Assembly (NCBI GenBank): GCA_040902305.1
Contig: JBBDXN010000155.1
Span: 1,955-65,954 of the forward strand
Length of the DNA: 64,000 bases
DNA from: Candidatus Rokuibacteriota bacterium
Lineage (GTDB): Bacteria; Methylomirabilota; Methylomirabilia; Rokubacteriales; CSP1-6
Reading direction: 5' to 3'
A program made the position numbers and the translations under genes. This document shows, piece after piece, positions 50,382 through 60,200 of this stretch; the first letter of the stretch is position 1; each line of letters starts with the position of its first letter. The notes under the pieces were generated by a model, which saw nothing but the letters and a program-made list of their open reading frames with translations, searched no databases and was not told where the DNA came from.

Positions 50382-51197
50382 TCACCGCGGCGCGCGACCG
50401 GGAGAATCGAGCGACGCGAGGAGCGCGCGCGCCTGGGTGGCCGCCTCCGTGCGGGGATGCGATTTGACCACCCGCGCCCACGTCTCGCGCGCGCGCGGAA
50501 GGTCGTGCAGCGCGCGGTAGCACATGCCGAGCTTGAGCAGCGACTCGGCGACCGGCTGGCTCTGCGGGTAGAGATCGGGCACCTTCTGGAACTCGGTCGC
50601 CGCCTGGTTGAAGTCGCGCTGGCGATAGTAGGCCTCGCCGATCCAGTACTGGGCGCTCGCGGCCAGGTTGTGCCGGGGAAACCGGTCGATCAGCTCCGTG
50701 AACTCGAGCACCGCCTGCCCGTGCTCGTCCGCCCGGAAGCTGGTCATGGCGGTCGCGTAGAGCTTCTCGGCCGACACCTCGCGACCGGGCGGCGGCACCA
50801 GCGGCTTCGCGGCCGGCGAAGCCGGTGGCGGCACGCTGAGCGTGGCCACCTTCTGGTTCGTCTCGTCGAGCGCGGAGCGCAGTCCGCGGAGAGCGCCGTC
50901 CTGCTGCTGGATGGCCTGCTTGACCTGCTCGCGCTCGGTGGCCGAGGCCTTCGTCTCGCCGACCAGGAAGGCCGCCTGCGCATCGAGCGCCCTCATCTCG
51001 CCGGCCAGCTTCCCCACGTCCTTGGCCATCTGGTCCTGCCCCTTCCGGAGCTCCTCGACCTGCTTCACCAGCGCGGCCATCTCGGCCTCGCGACGCGCCT
51101 TCTCTCCAGTGCCGCAGCCGGGCGCGGTCGCGGCCAGCAGGGCGAGCCCGACGACGGGCCCGCTACGCACGATGCGTTCCTGGAGCCAGGTCACCAT
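50382..51197 (-). CDS. cpoB: tol-pal system protein YbgF/CpoB-like TPR lipoprotein
   Basis: Lipobox ATAPG-C, coiled-coil region, then AQYWIGEAYY...LLKLGMCY TPR repeats. Confidence 0.8.
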   Translation of the reverse strand: MVTWLQERIVRSGPVVGLALLAATAPGCGTGEKARREAEMAALVKQVEELRKGQDQMAKDVGKLAGEMRALDAQAAFLVGETKASATEREQVKQAIQQQDGALRGLRSALDETNQKVATLSVPPPASPAAKPLVPPPGREVSAEKLYATAMTSFRADEHGQAVLEFTELIDRFPRHNLAASAQYWIGEAYYRQRDFNQAATEFQKVPDLYPQSQPVAESLLKLGMCYRALHDLPRARETWARVVKSHPRTEAATQARALLASLDSPGRAPR

Positions 51198-51247
51198 GGG
51201 CTCGACCGTAGCACCTGTCCATTCGAAAAGCTAATTTTCACGAGCCT

Positions 51248-51276
51248 TTGACTGACATTCGGCTTTTCGCTAGCAT
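51248..51276 (+). promoter_or_regulatory. putative promoter of yeeE, leaderless geometry
   Basis: TTGACT-17 nt-TAGCAT, then 9 nt, then ATG 51286. No SD. Confidence 0.55.
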
Positions 51277-51285
51277 GGCTGGGCC

Positions 51286-52284
51286 ATGGACGAGTTGCCC
51301 TGGATACTCGCGCTCTCCGCGCTCGGTACCGGCCTCGTCTTCGGCTACGCGATCCAGCGCGGCGGCTTCTGCCTCACCCGGGCGCTCTCCAACGCGGTGC
51401 TCATGCGGGACGGCAACATCCTGCGCGCCTATCTCCTCGCCCTGCTCGTGGCGATGGTCGGCGTGCAGATGATCGACGCGCTGGGGCTCGTGGACATTCC
51501 CCTGCGCCCGCTGCGCTGGCTGTCGAACATCGTGGGCGGGCTTCTGTTCGGGGTGGGGATGATCCTCTCCGGCGGCTGCTCGGGCAGCACCTGGTATCGC
51601 GTCGGCGAAGGCGCCCTGGGTGCCTGCGTCGTCCTGCTGGGCTTCGCCATCGGCGCCACCACCGCGGGCGTCGGGCTCCTGGCCCCGCTCCGCACTCAGC
51701 TCCAGAAGCCCGCGGTCACGATCGGGGACGGCGCGGCCCCGACGCTCGCCAATATCGTGGGGCTCTCGCCTTGGATCGTCATCGTCGTGCTCGCGGTGGG
51801 CGTCGGCATCTGGCTGATGCGCGGCCCCCGGGAGCCCGAGCACGGCAAGTGGCCCTGGCCCGTCAGCGGCGCCGCCGTCGGGGTGATGATCGCGGTGGGC
51901 TGGTGGGCTTCCTCCTCCGGCGACCGCCCCGTCGGCATCACCTTCGCGGCCAATACCGGCCACCTGCTCACCTACCCGATGGTCGGCTATCCCAACCGCG
52001 TGACGTGGAGCATGCTGATGGCCCTCGGCGTCCCCCTCGGCGCCTTCGTCGCGGCCTGGACCACGAACCAGTTCAACTGGAAGCTGCCGGCGGCAGCAAG
52101 CCTGGTGAAGATCTTCTCGGGCGGCCTCCTGATGGGCGCGGCCGCGCTCGTCGCCGAGGGCTGCAACATCAACCAAGGGCTGACAAACTCCGCCACCCTC
52201 GCCCTCGGCAGCCTGCTCACGTTCGCGTCGATGTGCGCAGGAGCTTACGCGACGATCTGGTTCTTGTTCGTCCGAAAGTCCTGA
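51286..52284 (+). CDS. YeeE/YedE family sulfur-compound transporter
   Basis: Two half-domains with QRGGFCLT, LSGGCS and EGCNINQG conserved Cys motifs. Multiple TM helices. Confidence 0.85.
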   Translation: MDELPWILALSALGTGLVFGYAIQRGGFCLTRALSNAVLMRDGNILRAYLLALLVAMVGVQMIDALGLVDIPLRPLRWLSNIVGGLLFGVGMILSGGCSGSTWYRVGEGALGACVVLLGFAIGATTAGVGLLAPLRTQLQKPAVTIGDGAAPTLANIVGLSPWIVIVVLAVGVGIWLMRGPREPEHGKWPWPVSGAAVGVMIAVGWWASSSGDRPVGITFAANTGHLLTYPMVGYPNRVTWSMLMALGVPLGAFVAAWTTNQFNWKLPAAASLVKIFSGGLLMGAAALVAEGCNINQGLTNSATLALGSLLTFASMCAGAYATIWFLFVRKS

Positions 52285-52299
52285 GTCGAGCGCGCGAAT

Positions 52300-52467
52300 C
52301 GGGCGGGCAGCGCCGCCGGGGGGTGGCGGGTGGGGCTCTGACCACGACGCGCTTTCTCGTCTCGCGCGTGAGCGGTTCCCAATCCGGGAGGGAGCGGCTT
52401 CTGGCTTCCGTCGGCGGGAACGGGTCACCCGCCCCACCCGCCACCCCCCGGCGGCGCTGCCCGCCCG
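52300..52467. repeat. 37-bp perfect inverted repeat flanking a 94-nt structured core, between convergent yeeE and moeA
   Basis: Left arm CGGGCGGGCAGCGCCGCCGGGGGGTGGCGGGTGGGGC (52300-52336) is the exact reverse complement of 52431-52467. The stem extends by TGACC/GGTCA after a 2-nt bulge. Confidence 0.95.
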
Positions 52468-52490
52468 GTCTTCCGCTCGATTGGTTCGTT

Positions 52491-53717
52491 CTACAGGGCG
52501 GGGCGGAGGACGATCACCTTCACGGGTTCGCCGGGCTGGATCGTCGTGCCGCCCGGAACCACGGCGAGTCCATCGGCGGTCACCATCGACCGCAGGACGC
52601 CGGAGCTCTGCGTGCCGGTCAGGCGCGCGCCGTGGCCTTCTCCGTCTGGGGTCAATGTGATGCGGAGGTAGCCGCGGCGGTTGTCTCCGTTCTTGATGGG
52701 GGCGAGGGCGCGCGCGGTGAGGGTGGGCCGATGGAGACGGGTGTGCCCGGCCATGCGGAGGATGGCGGGGCGGACGAAGAGCTCGAAGGTGACCATGGCC
52801 GAGACGGGGTTGCCGGGCAGCGCAAAGAGGGCAAGGGCGCCCTTGCCCTCCTGCGGGATCGTCGAGAACGCGATCGGCTTCCCGGGGCGCATGTCCACGA
52901 GCCACAGATGCTGCTCCGCCCCGAGCCGGGCGAGCGCGTCCTTGACGAAGTCGTGCTCCCCCACCGAAACGCCCGCGGAGGACATGATGAGATCGCAGCC
53001 GAGCCCCCATCGCAGGCGCGCCTCGATGTCTTCCCGCCGGTCTCGCGCGATGCCGAGGCTCACCGGCTGAGCCCCGGCCTCGATCACCTGGGCGATGAGG
53101 GAATAGCTGTTGGAGTTCGGGATCTGGCCGGGGCCGATCCGGCCGCCCAGGTCCACCAGCTCGTCACCGGTCGAGAGGATGCCCACGCGCGGCCGGCGGA
53201 TCACGCTCACCATGGCGCGCCCGACCGTCGCGAGCAGCCCGATGTCGGCCGCGCTCAGCACCCGACTGCGGTCCAGGACGCGGTCGGCCCGCTTCATGTC
53301 CTCGCCTCGCGGCCTCACGAAGGCGCCGGCTTCGAGGCGCGCGGGGACCAGCAGCGTGTCCCCCTCCGCCCTGACGTCCTCCTGAGGAATGACCGAGTCG
53401 GCCCCCTCGGGGATCGGCGCGCCGGTGAAGATCCGGAAGGCCTCGCCGGCGCGGAGCGGGCGCTCCGCGGTCGCCCCGGCCGCCACGTGCGCGACGACCG
53501 CGAGCCGAGCGGGCGCCTCGGCGGAGGCGGCGCCAACGTCGGCGCTCCGCAGCGCGTAGCCGTCCATCGAGGAGGCCGGCCAGGGTGGCATGTCGCGTGG
53601 GCTGTCCACGTCCTCCGCGAGCACGCGGTGGAGCACCTCGGTAAGCGGCACGCGCTCATCTCCCAGCGCGGCCACCCGGGACAGGATGCGGTCGAGCGCT
53701 TCCTCGACGGAAATCAC
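52491..53717 (-). CDS. moeA: molybdopterin molybdotransferase
   Basis: SSMDGYA, GAPIPEGADSV, STGDEL, SSAGVSVGEHD, PGKP, LPGNPVS. Confidence 0.93.
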   Translation of the reverse strand: MISVEEALDRILSRVAALGDERVPLTEVLHRVLAEDVDSPRDMPPWPASSMDGYALRSADVGAASAEAPARLAVVAHVAAGATAERPLRAGEAFRIFTGAPIPEGADSVIPQEDVRAEGDTLLVPARLEAGAFVRPRGEDMKRADRVLDRSRVLSAADIGLLATVGRAMVSVIRRPRVGILSTGDELVDLGGRIGPGQIPNSNSYSLIAQVIEAGAQPVSLGIARDRREDIEARLRWGLGCDLIMSSAGVSVGEHDFVKDALARLGAEQHLWLVDMRPGKPIAFSTIPQEGKGALALFALPGNPVSAMVTFELFVRPAILRMAGHTRLHRPTLTARALAPIKNGDNRRGYLRITLTPDGEGHGARLTGTQSSGVLRSMVTADGLAVVPGGTTIQPGEPVKVIVLRPAL

Positions 53718-53754
53718 CCCGGTATTCTACCGCGGGGCGCGCGGGAGGCGGGGG

Positions 53755-54900
53755 CTACTTGGGCAGGCTGAGGACCGGCTTGTAGCGAGCGAAGAACCAG
53801 CTGCGGCTGAGCACGAACAGCGCGAAGAAGCCGAGCGTCACCAGGATCTCCACCGGACCGATCGGCACCGTGTTGTCCCGGAGCAGCGAGGGGAACACCA
53901 GCAGCATCCGCTCGAAGAAGATGGCGATCCACCCGAAGAAAAGGATGACCTTGAACACCCGGTGCCGCTCGGGGGGGCGTCCGGTGAGCCGCTTGAGCAG
54001 ATACGAGAACGGGATCAGCCAGCCGATGATGAAGATGGCCCACGCGAGGGTGGCCCAGGGCTGGACGAAGAAGCGCCGCACCACGTAGCGGGTCTCCGCG
54101 GGCACGTTGCCGTACCAGATCACCAGGTACTGCGAGAAGAAGAAGTACATCCAGAACACGCTCAGCGCGAAGGTCAGCTTGGCCACGTCCTGGATGGCAA
54201 CCGGCGCCACGTGACTCATCCCCCGCTCGTTGGAGCGGATGGTGAGGTACGTGACGAGCCCGAAGCCGGTGTACATCGAGGTGACCACGTAGTAACCGCC
54301 GAAGAGGCCGCTGTACCAGCGGGGATCGAGCGACATCAGGAGGTCGAAGCCCCACAGCGAGAGCACCACCACGTAGAGCGCGAGCAGCCAGCCGGCGAGC
54401 CGGTTGCGCCGGTTCACCGCCGCCGCGCTGTCCCCGCCCGGCTGGTCCTCGGCGAGGATCGCCTTCACGAGGCGCATCGCGACCCAGTACAGCAGCAGCA
54501 CGCCGAGGCCGATGCGCAGCGACATGAACGGCACGTTGAGCCACGCCGCCTTGTTGGCCAGCGGCTCGGTCACCCAGGGATAGAGCGTCGCGCGCCCGCA
54601 GAAGAGCACCAGGAAGAGCAGGAAGGAGACGGGCAGGAAACCCGCGGTGGTGAGCGCGATCCGCTTGACGCTCGGCGACCACCGGCCCTCCGTCACCTGG
54701 ATCATCGCGGCCACCGCGGGACCGGTGATGGCGAGGCTCGACCAGAACAGCAGGTTCACGAGGTAGATGCCCCAGGCCCGCGGGGCCGACCCCTGCGAGA
54801 CCCCGTACAGGAAGGCCACGATCCCGAGGATGGCCAGCAGCACCAGCAGCGGGTGCGCGCGACGGGCCGACACGGCCGGAGAGGCGCCCAGCGCGCTCAT
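53755..54900 (-). CDS. actF: alternative complex III subunit ActF-like (NrfD-related polytopic membrane protein)
   Basis: 381 aa, about 10 TM helices. Position after actE. ATG overlaps the actE stop (ATGA). Confidence 0.7.
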   Translation of the reverse strand: MSALGASPAVSARRAHPLLVLLAILGIVAFLYGVSQGSAPRAWGIYLVNLLFWSSLAITGPAVAAMIQVTEGRWSPSVKRIALTTAGFLPVSFLLFLVLFCGRATLYPWVTEPLANKAAWLNVPFMSLRIGLGVLLLYWVAMRLVKAILAEDQPGGDSAAAVNRRNRLAGWLLALYVVVLSLWGFDLLMSLDPRWYSGLFGGYYVVTSMYTGFGLVTYLTIRSNERGMSHVAPVAIQDVAKLTFALSVFWMYFFFSQYLVIWYGNVPAETRYVVRRFFVQPWATLAWAIFIIGWLIPFSYLLKRLTGRPPERHRVFKVILFFGWIAIFFERMLLVFPSLLRDNTVPIGPVEILVTLGFFALFVLSRSWFFARYKPVLSLPK

Positions 54901-55403
54901 TTCTTGGCCAGGGTCCGGAGGTAGTTGACCACGTGCCACCGCTCGTCGGAGCTGAGGGCCTCCGCGTAGGACGGCATGACCGCGCCGCCCGCCGAGAGAT
55001 AGCTCTGCCAGTATCCGTCCGTCCGCACCTTGTGCAGCTCCGGATTGGTGAGATCGGCGGGCGGCACGAACTTGGTGGAGACCGGCCCGTCCCCCCGCCC
55101 GGAGTCGCCGTGGCATGGTGTGCAGTAGATCGTGAACAGCTCCCCGCCTCGGCGCACCGAGTCGATGGAGGCGGGCACCGGATTGCGTCGGGTCGCGGCG
55201 GCCTCGCGCTCGGCCGGCGAGTGGTAGAGCTCGCCGCCGCTGCGCGGCAGGCTCCCGGTTGGCATCGAGAAATTGTACTCGCCGGGCATCACGCGCTGGG
55301 TGGCGGTCATGTTGTTCAGCCAGCGGAAGCCGACCACGCCGGCCAGCACCGCGCCCACCGCCCCCAGCAGCAGGAGGACGAGGAGGAAGACCCACTTCAT
55401 CAT
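54897..55403 (-). CDS. actE: membrane-anchored monoheme cytochrome c (ActE-like)
   Basis: N-terminal TM helix, single CTPCH heme motif, distal MPSY. Confidence 0.8.
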   Translation of the reverse strand: MMKWVFLLVLLLLGAVGAVLAGVVGFRWLNNMTATQRVMPGEYNFSMPTGSLPRSGGELYHSPAEREAAATRRNPVPASIDSVRRGGELFTIYCTPCHGDSGRGDGPVSTKFVPPADLTNPELHKVRTDGYWQSYLSAGGAVMPSYAEALSSDERWHVVNYLRTLAKK

Positions 55404-55909
55404 CGCCGCACCTCTTCCGCCCCCGCCGCCGACAGCATCGCCTGCACCGAGTCGACCTTGTCGGGCGGACACGCCACCGCGACGCCGAAGCGATCCACGC
55501 TGAAGCGCGGATCATAGGTGGGTGACGGCTTGAGCTTGGGCAACTGGCCCAGGATCAGCACCGCGAGCGCGGTGGCGAGCCCGCCCAGGAGGATGGTCAG
55601 CTCGAACGCGATGATGACGAAGGGCGGAATGGACACCGGTGCCTTGCCGCCGGTCACCAGCTCCCACTTGAGCGACGTCCAGATGGTGAGGAAGAAGCCG
55701 GTGGCGGTACCGGTCAGGGCCCCGACCACCGTGAAGAGGCGCACCTTCGACAGTGGCTCGACCCGGTCGATCTCGTGCTCGATCTCCTCCACCGGGACCG
55801 GGGTGTAGACGGTGAGCTCCGAGAAGCCCTTGGCCCGCAGGTCGCGGATGGCCTGCAGCGTGGTGTCCACGTGGGCGAAGACTCCCAGCACGCTGGCGGT
55901 CGTCGTCAT
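55400..55909 (-). CDS. actD: DUF3341 protein (ActD-like)
   Basis: 169 aa. LGVFAHVDTTLQAIRDLRAKGF plus two TM helices, typical ActD/DUF3341. Confidence 0.8.
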   Translation of the reverse strand: MTTTASVLGVFAHVDTTLQAIRDLRAKGFSELTVYTPVPVEEIEHEIDRVEPLSKVRLFTVVGALTGTATGFFLTIWTSLKWELVTGGKAPVSIPPFVIIAFELTILLGGLATALAVLILGQLPKLKPSPTYDPRFSVDRFGVAVACPPDKVDSVQAMLSAAGAEEVRR

Positions 55910-55910
55910 C

Positions 55911-57269
55911 TCAGTGGTGGCCCCCGGGCCTCGCGTGCTTGAAAGGATGCGGCAGCACTTCCTTGACCTCCACGATCGAGAGCGACGGCATCACGCGGAT
56001 GAAGCCCAGGAAGAGGAGGAAGAACCAGGCGAAGGAGCCGACGATGATGGCCGAGTCGGTCACCGTCGGGTAGTAGGTGCCCCACGTGTACGGATAGAAG
56101 CCGTGGGCGAGGCCGGGCACGATGATGTTGAAGCGCTCGAACCACATGCCGATGAGCACGAGGATCGAGATGACGTACAGGGTGACCACGTGGGTCCGGA
56201 GCCTCTTGATCAGGAGGACGAGCGGCACCACGCTGTTGCAGAAGTACATGAGCCAGTAGGCCCACGCGTACTGCTTGGACGCCTTGGCGAACAGGCTCGC
56301 GCGCTCGAAGTGGTCGCCGGAGTACCAGGCGGTGAACACCTCGCATAGGTAGAAGTAAGTCAGCACCAGACTCGTCACCAGGATCAGCTTGGCCATCGCG
56401 TCCAGGTGCTTGTCCGTGATGTACGGGTACCAGTTGAACAGGTACCGCATGGGCAGGATCAGCACCAGCACCATGGCGAACCCGGAGAAGATCGCCCCGT
56501 CGACGAAGAACGGGGCGAACAGCGTCGAGTGCCAGCCGGGCACCAGGGCCATCGCGAAGTCGAACGACACCACGCTGTGCACCGAGAGCACGAGCGGGGT
56601 GGCCAGGGCCGCGAGCAGCCCGTAGCCCCGGCGATAGTGCCGCCACTGGTGGTCGGAGCCCTCCCACCCGAGCGAGAGCACCGCGTAGATCTTCCGCTTG
56701 TAGCCGGTCGCGTTGTCGCGGAGGGCCGCGATGTCCGGCACCAGGCCCACGATGAAGAAGACCACGCTGATGGTCAGGTAGGTCGAGATCGCGAACACGT
56801 CCCACACCAGCGGCGACTTGAAGTTGGGCCAGAGGTAGCGCTGGTTGGGGTACGGCATCAGCCAGTACGCGAACCACATGCGGCCGGCGTGGATCAGCGG
56901 GAAGAGGCCCGCGGTCATGACCGCGAAGACGGTCATCGCCTCCGCCCCGCGGTAGATCGACGTCCGCCACCTCGCCCGGAACAGGTAGAGGACCGCGGAG
57001 ATCAGGGTCCCCGCGTGACCGATGCCGATCCAGAACACGAAGGTGGTGATGTACATCGCCCACATCTGGGGCGTGCGCTTGCCCGCCGCCCCGATGCCGA
57101 CCCAGATCTGCCAGGCCCAGGCGGCGGCGCCCGCGGTCAGGATGAGGGCCACCAGGCAGAGCCAGGCGAAGTACTTCTCGCCCGGCATGCCGATCGTGCG
57201 GATGACGTCGCGGTTGACGTCGGCCCAGGTGGGCTGGGCGGGCGCGCTCTGCGCGGGCGGCGCGCTCAC
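55911..57269 (-). CDS. actC: NrfD/PsrC-type quinol-interacting membrane subunit (ActC-like)
   Basis: 452 aa polytopic protein (WIGIGHAGTLISA). GTG 57269 lies 2 nt after the actB stop. Confidence 0.85.
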   Translation of the reverse strand: MSAPPAQSAPAQPTWADVNRDVIRTIGMPGEKYFAWLCLVALILTAGAAAWAWQIWVGIGAAGKRTPQMWAMYITTFVFWIGIGHAGTLISAVLYLFRARWRTSIYRGAEAMTVFAVMTAGLFPLIHAGRMWFAYWLMPYPNQRYLWPNFKSPLVWDVFAISTYLTISVVFFIVGLVPDIAALRDNATGYKRKIYAVLSLGWEGSDHQWRHYRRGYGLLAALATPLVLSVHSVVSFDFAMALVPGWHSTLFAPFFVDGAIFSGFAMVLVLILPMRYLFNWYPYITDKHLDAMAKLILVTSLVLTYFYLCEVFTAWYSGDHFERASLFAKASKQYAWAYWLMYFCNSVVPLVLLIKRLRTHVVTLYVISILVLIGMWFERFNIIVPGLAHGFYPYTWGTYYPTVTDSAIIVGSFAWFFLLFLGFIRVMPSLSIVEVKEVLPHPFKHARPGGHH

Positions 57270-57271
57270 GG

Positions 57272-60200
57272 CTAGTGCCCCGCCTTCCGGTGGCCCGCGG
57301 GCTCGGCGCGGACGACCTTCTTCAGATAGGTCACCGCGGGCAGCGTCCCCAGCTCGTGGAGCACGTGGTAGCCGCGGATCGAGTGCGAGAGCTTGGAGAC
57401 GAGGGCGTCGCCGTCCTTGCGGTTGCCGAAGGTGATGGCGTGGGTCGGGCAGGTCTGCTGGCAGGCCGTCTGCATGTCCCCGTCCCGCACCGATCGCCCC
57501 GCCTCGCGGGCCGTGCCCTTCGCGGCCTCGATGCGCTGCACGCACATGGTGCACTTCTCCATCACCCCGAGCTGGCGCACCGTGACGTCGGGGTTGAGCT
57601 GCAGATCGAGCGGAGCCGGCCACGTGTAGTTGAACCAGTTGAACTTCCGCACGTGGTACGGGCAGTTGTTGCCGCAGTAGCGCGTGCCCACGCAGCGGTT
57701 GTAGACCTGCCCGTTGAGTCCCTCCCGGGTGTGATACGCGGCGTAGACCGGGCAGACCGGCTCGCACGGCGCGACTTCACAATGCTGGCAGAACATCGGC
57801 AGGAACATGTTGACCGGCTTGGCCGCCGTCCCCTCCTGCCAGCGCTCGACCCGCAGCCAGTGCTGGATGCGGCCGTAGGCCACCTGCGCCTTTCCAACCG
57901 TCGGCACGTTGTTCTCGCTCTGGCAGGCCACCACGCAGGCCTGGCAGCCGGTGCACCGGTCGACGTCCACCGCCATGCCCCAGCGATACTCGGGATACTT
58001 CACCGCCGGGTACATGGTCGGATGGCTCGCGTGCTCGGGCGGCTTGCCGCGCAGCTCGAGCTCCCGCGCCGCGCCCAATCCCACGTACTGCGCGATCTCG
58101 CGATCGTCCTGATCGAACTGCGCCTGCGGGATGGCCAGCGGCCGCCGCCCGCCCGTCTTGGCGAGGGAGATCTTCACCGACAGCAGCGGCAGGCCGCCCG
58201 AGGCCGGATCCGGCGCGGAGGGCAGCAGCTCGATCGGATTGACGCCCACGTTCAGGAAGCCCGCCTGGCTGGCGGTGCCGGGAGCCGCGTTGCCCTGCTG
58301 GGCGAAAGTGCCGGCATACTTGTGCCCCTGCCCCATCGCCACCGCCACCACGCCCGGATGGACGAGCTCGGTCGGATACGCGGGCAGCTCGATCGCGCCA
58401 TGCGGAGAGGTGACCTTGACGAGGTCGCCGCGCGCGATGCCCATCTTCTGCGCGGTCTCGGCGGGAATCTCGAGCCACGAGTCCCACGCCACCTGGGTGA
58501 TGGTGTCCGGGACCTCGTGCAGCCAGGGCCGATCGGCGCCGCGGCCGTCGTAGAAGCGGCCGGATGGATAGACCACCAGCGCGTGCGAGCCATCCCCTTC
58601 GAGCCTGGGGGGCCCGGCCGAGATGCGCCCGGCCTCCGGACGGAGGGAGACGGCCGCCGCCGCGGCCGTGCGCCACACCCCTCCACGCCGGAGGACCGCT
58701 TCCCAGAACTCGGAGAATGGGACTGTGCTTCCATGATCCTTGGCGGTCTTTTGCCACTCTTCCTTGAGAAATTCCTCGAAGCTACCCCACTTGAGCGGGG
58801 CCTTGCCTTCCTCGAGTCCCAGCGCCTGCCGGCCCACGCTCAGGAAGACGTCGCCGGTGGCCCTGGCGGCGACCGGCTTGCCGTCGATCTGCACGGGTCC
58901 CATCGTGGGCTGCATCAGCCCCAGCACGCCATCCTGGGAAGCGTAGTCGCCCCAGGACTCCAGCGCGTGCAGCGTCGGCAGCACCAGGTGCGCGCGCGCG
59001 GTGGTCTCGTTCGGGCGGCTCGCGAGGGAGACGACCAGCGGGACCTTGCCGAGCGCCTCCGCGAAGCCCGACTTGGGCGGCATCGCGTAGACCGGGTTGA
59101 CGTCCACGAGCACCAGCACCTCGATCTGGCCGCCCGCCATCGCCTGGGTCAGCGCCACCATGTCGGAGTACGGGCTCACCCGGCTGAAGGGCGAGGCGCT
59201 GCCGAAGCGCACCCGGGTGCCCACCGCTCCGATGGCCGCGTTGAGCAGGTTGACCGCGACGAGCGCCTCCACCGCGGTGCCCGAGGTAGCCGCCATGCCA
59301 CCGCCCAGCACCAAACCGGCCTTCGACCGGCCGAGATCCCGCGCGACGTGCTTGATCGTGTCCGCGGGGATGCCGGAGGCCGACGCGGCCGCCTCCACGT
59401 CGGCGGCGCGGGTCGCGGCCCGCAGCGTGGCGAGATCGGCGCCGGGGGCCTGCAGCCCCTCGTCGAGGATCACCTTCAACATCGCGAGAGCCAGCGCGCC
59501 CTCGGTGCCGGGCGCGTTGCGCAGCCACTCGTCGGCGTTGGCCGCGGTCAGCGACATCCGCGGCTCGACGTGCACGAAGGTCCCCTGCTTGCCCTGGAAG
59601 AAGGCGTGCATCCGGGCGAAGTCCGCGGTATAGCCTTCGCGGTTGAGCCACGTCTCGAGGAAATCCGCGCCGAAGGAGACGACGTAGGTGGCCTCCCCGA
59701 TCGCGTAGTCCGGGATCGCGTCGCGGCCGAAGGCCACGCGATTCGAGGCGCGCAGGGCTTCGTAGCCGAGAGGCTCGTACGCGATGCGCGGCCGGGCCCC
59801 GAGCAGCCGCACCCACTCGTCCATCAGGCGGGCCAGGCTGCCGGTCTCGAGCCCGCTCACCACCGCGATGCGCGCGCCCTGCCGGCCCTTGACGAGCGCG
59901 CCGAGCTTGTCGGTGAGCTGCTTCTCCGCGTCGGCCCAGGCGACCGGCTTGCCGCCGTTCACGGGCTCGCGGAAGCGATCGGGGTGGTAGAGCGCCTGCA
60001 GGCCCGCGTGCCCGAGCACGCAGAGCGCGCCGGCGTTGGACGGGTGATCGGGATTGCCCTCGAGCTTGATGACGCGCCCGTCGCGGTTCTTGGCGATGAC
60101 CCCGCAGCCGGACGGGCACTCCCGGCAGACGCTGGAGAAGTACGCCGGAATGCCCGGCACGATATTGTCCGGCGGGATGACGTACGGGATGAGCAGCTCG

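Noticed and set aside
52217-52444. 75-aa ORF across the 37-bp inverted repeat element
   Set aside because: It is composed of the repeat arms (Gly/Pro/Arg-rich), has no translation signals, and lies between convergent gene ends.
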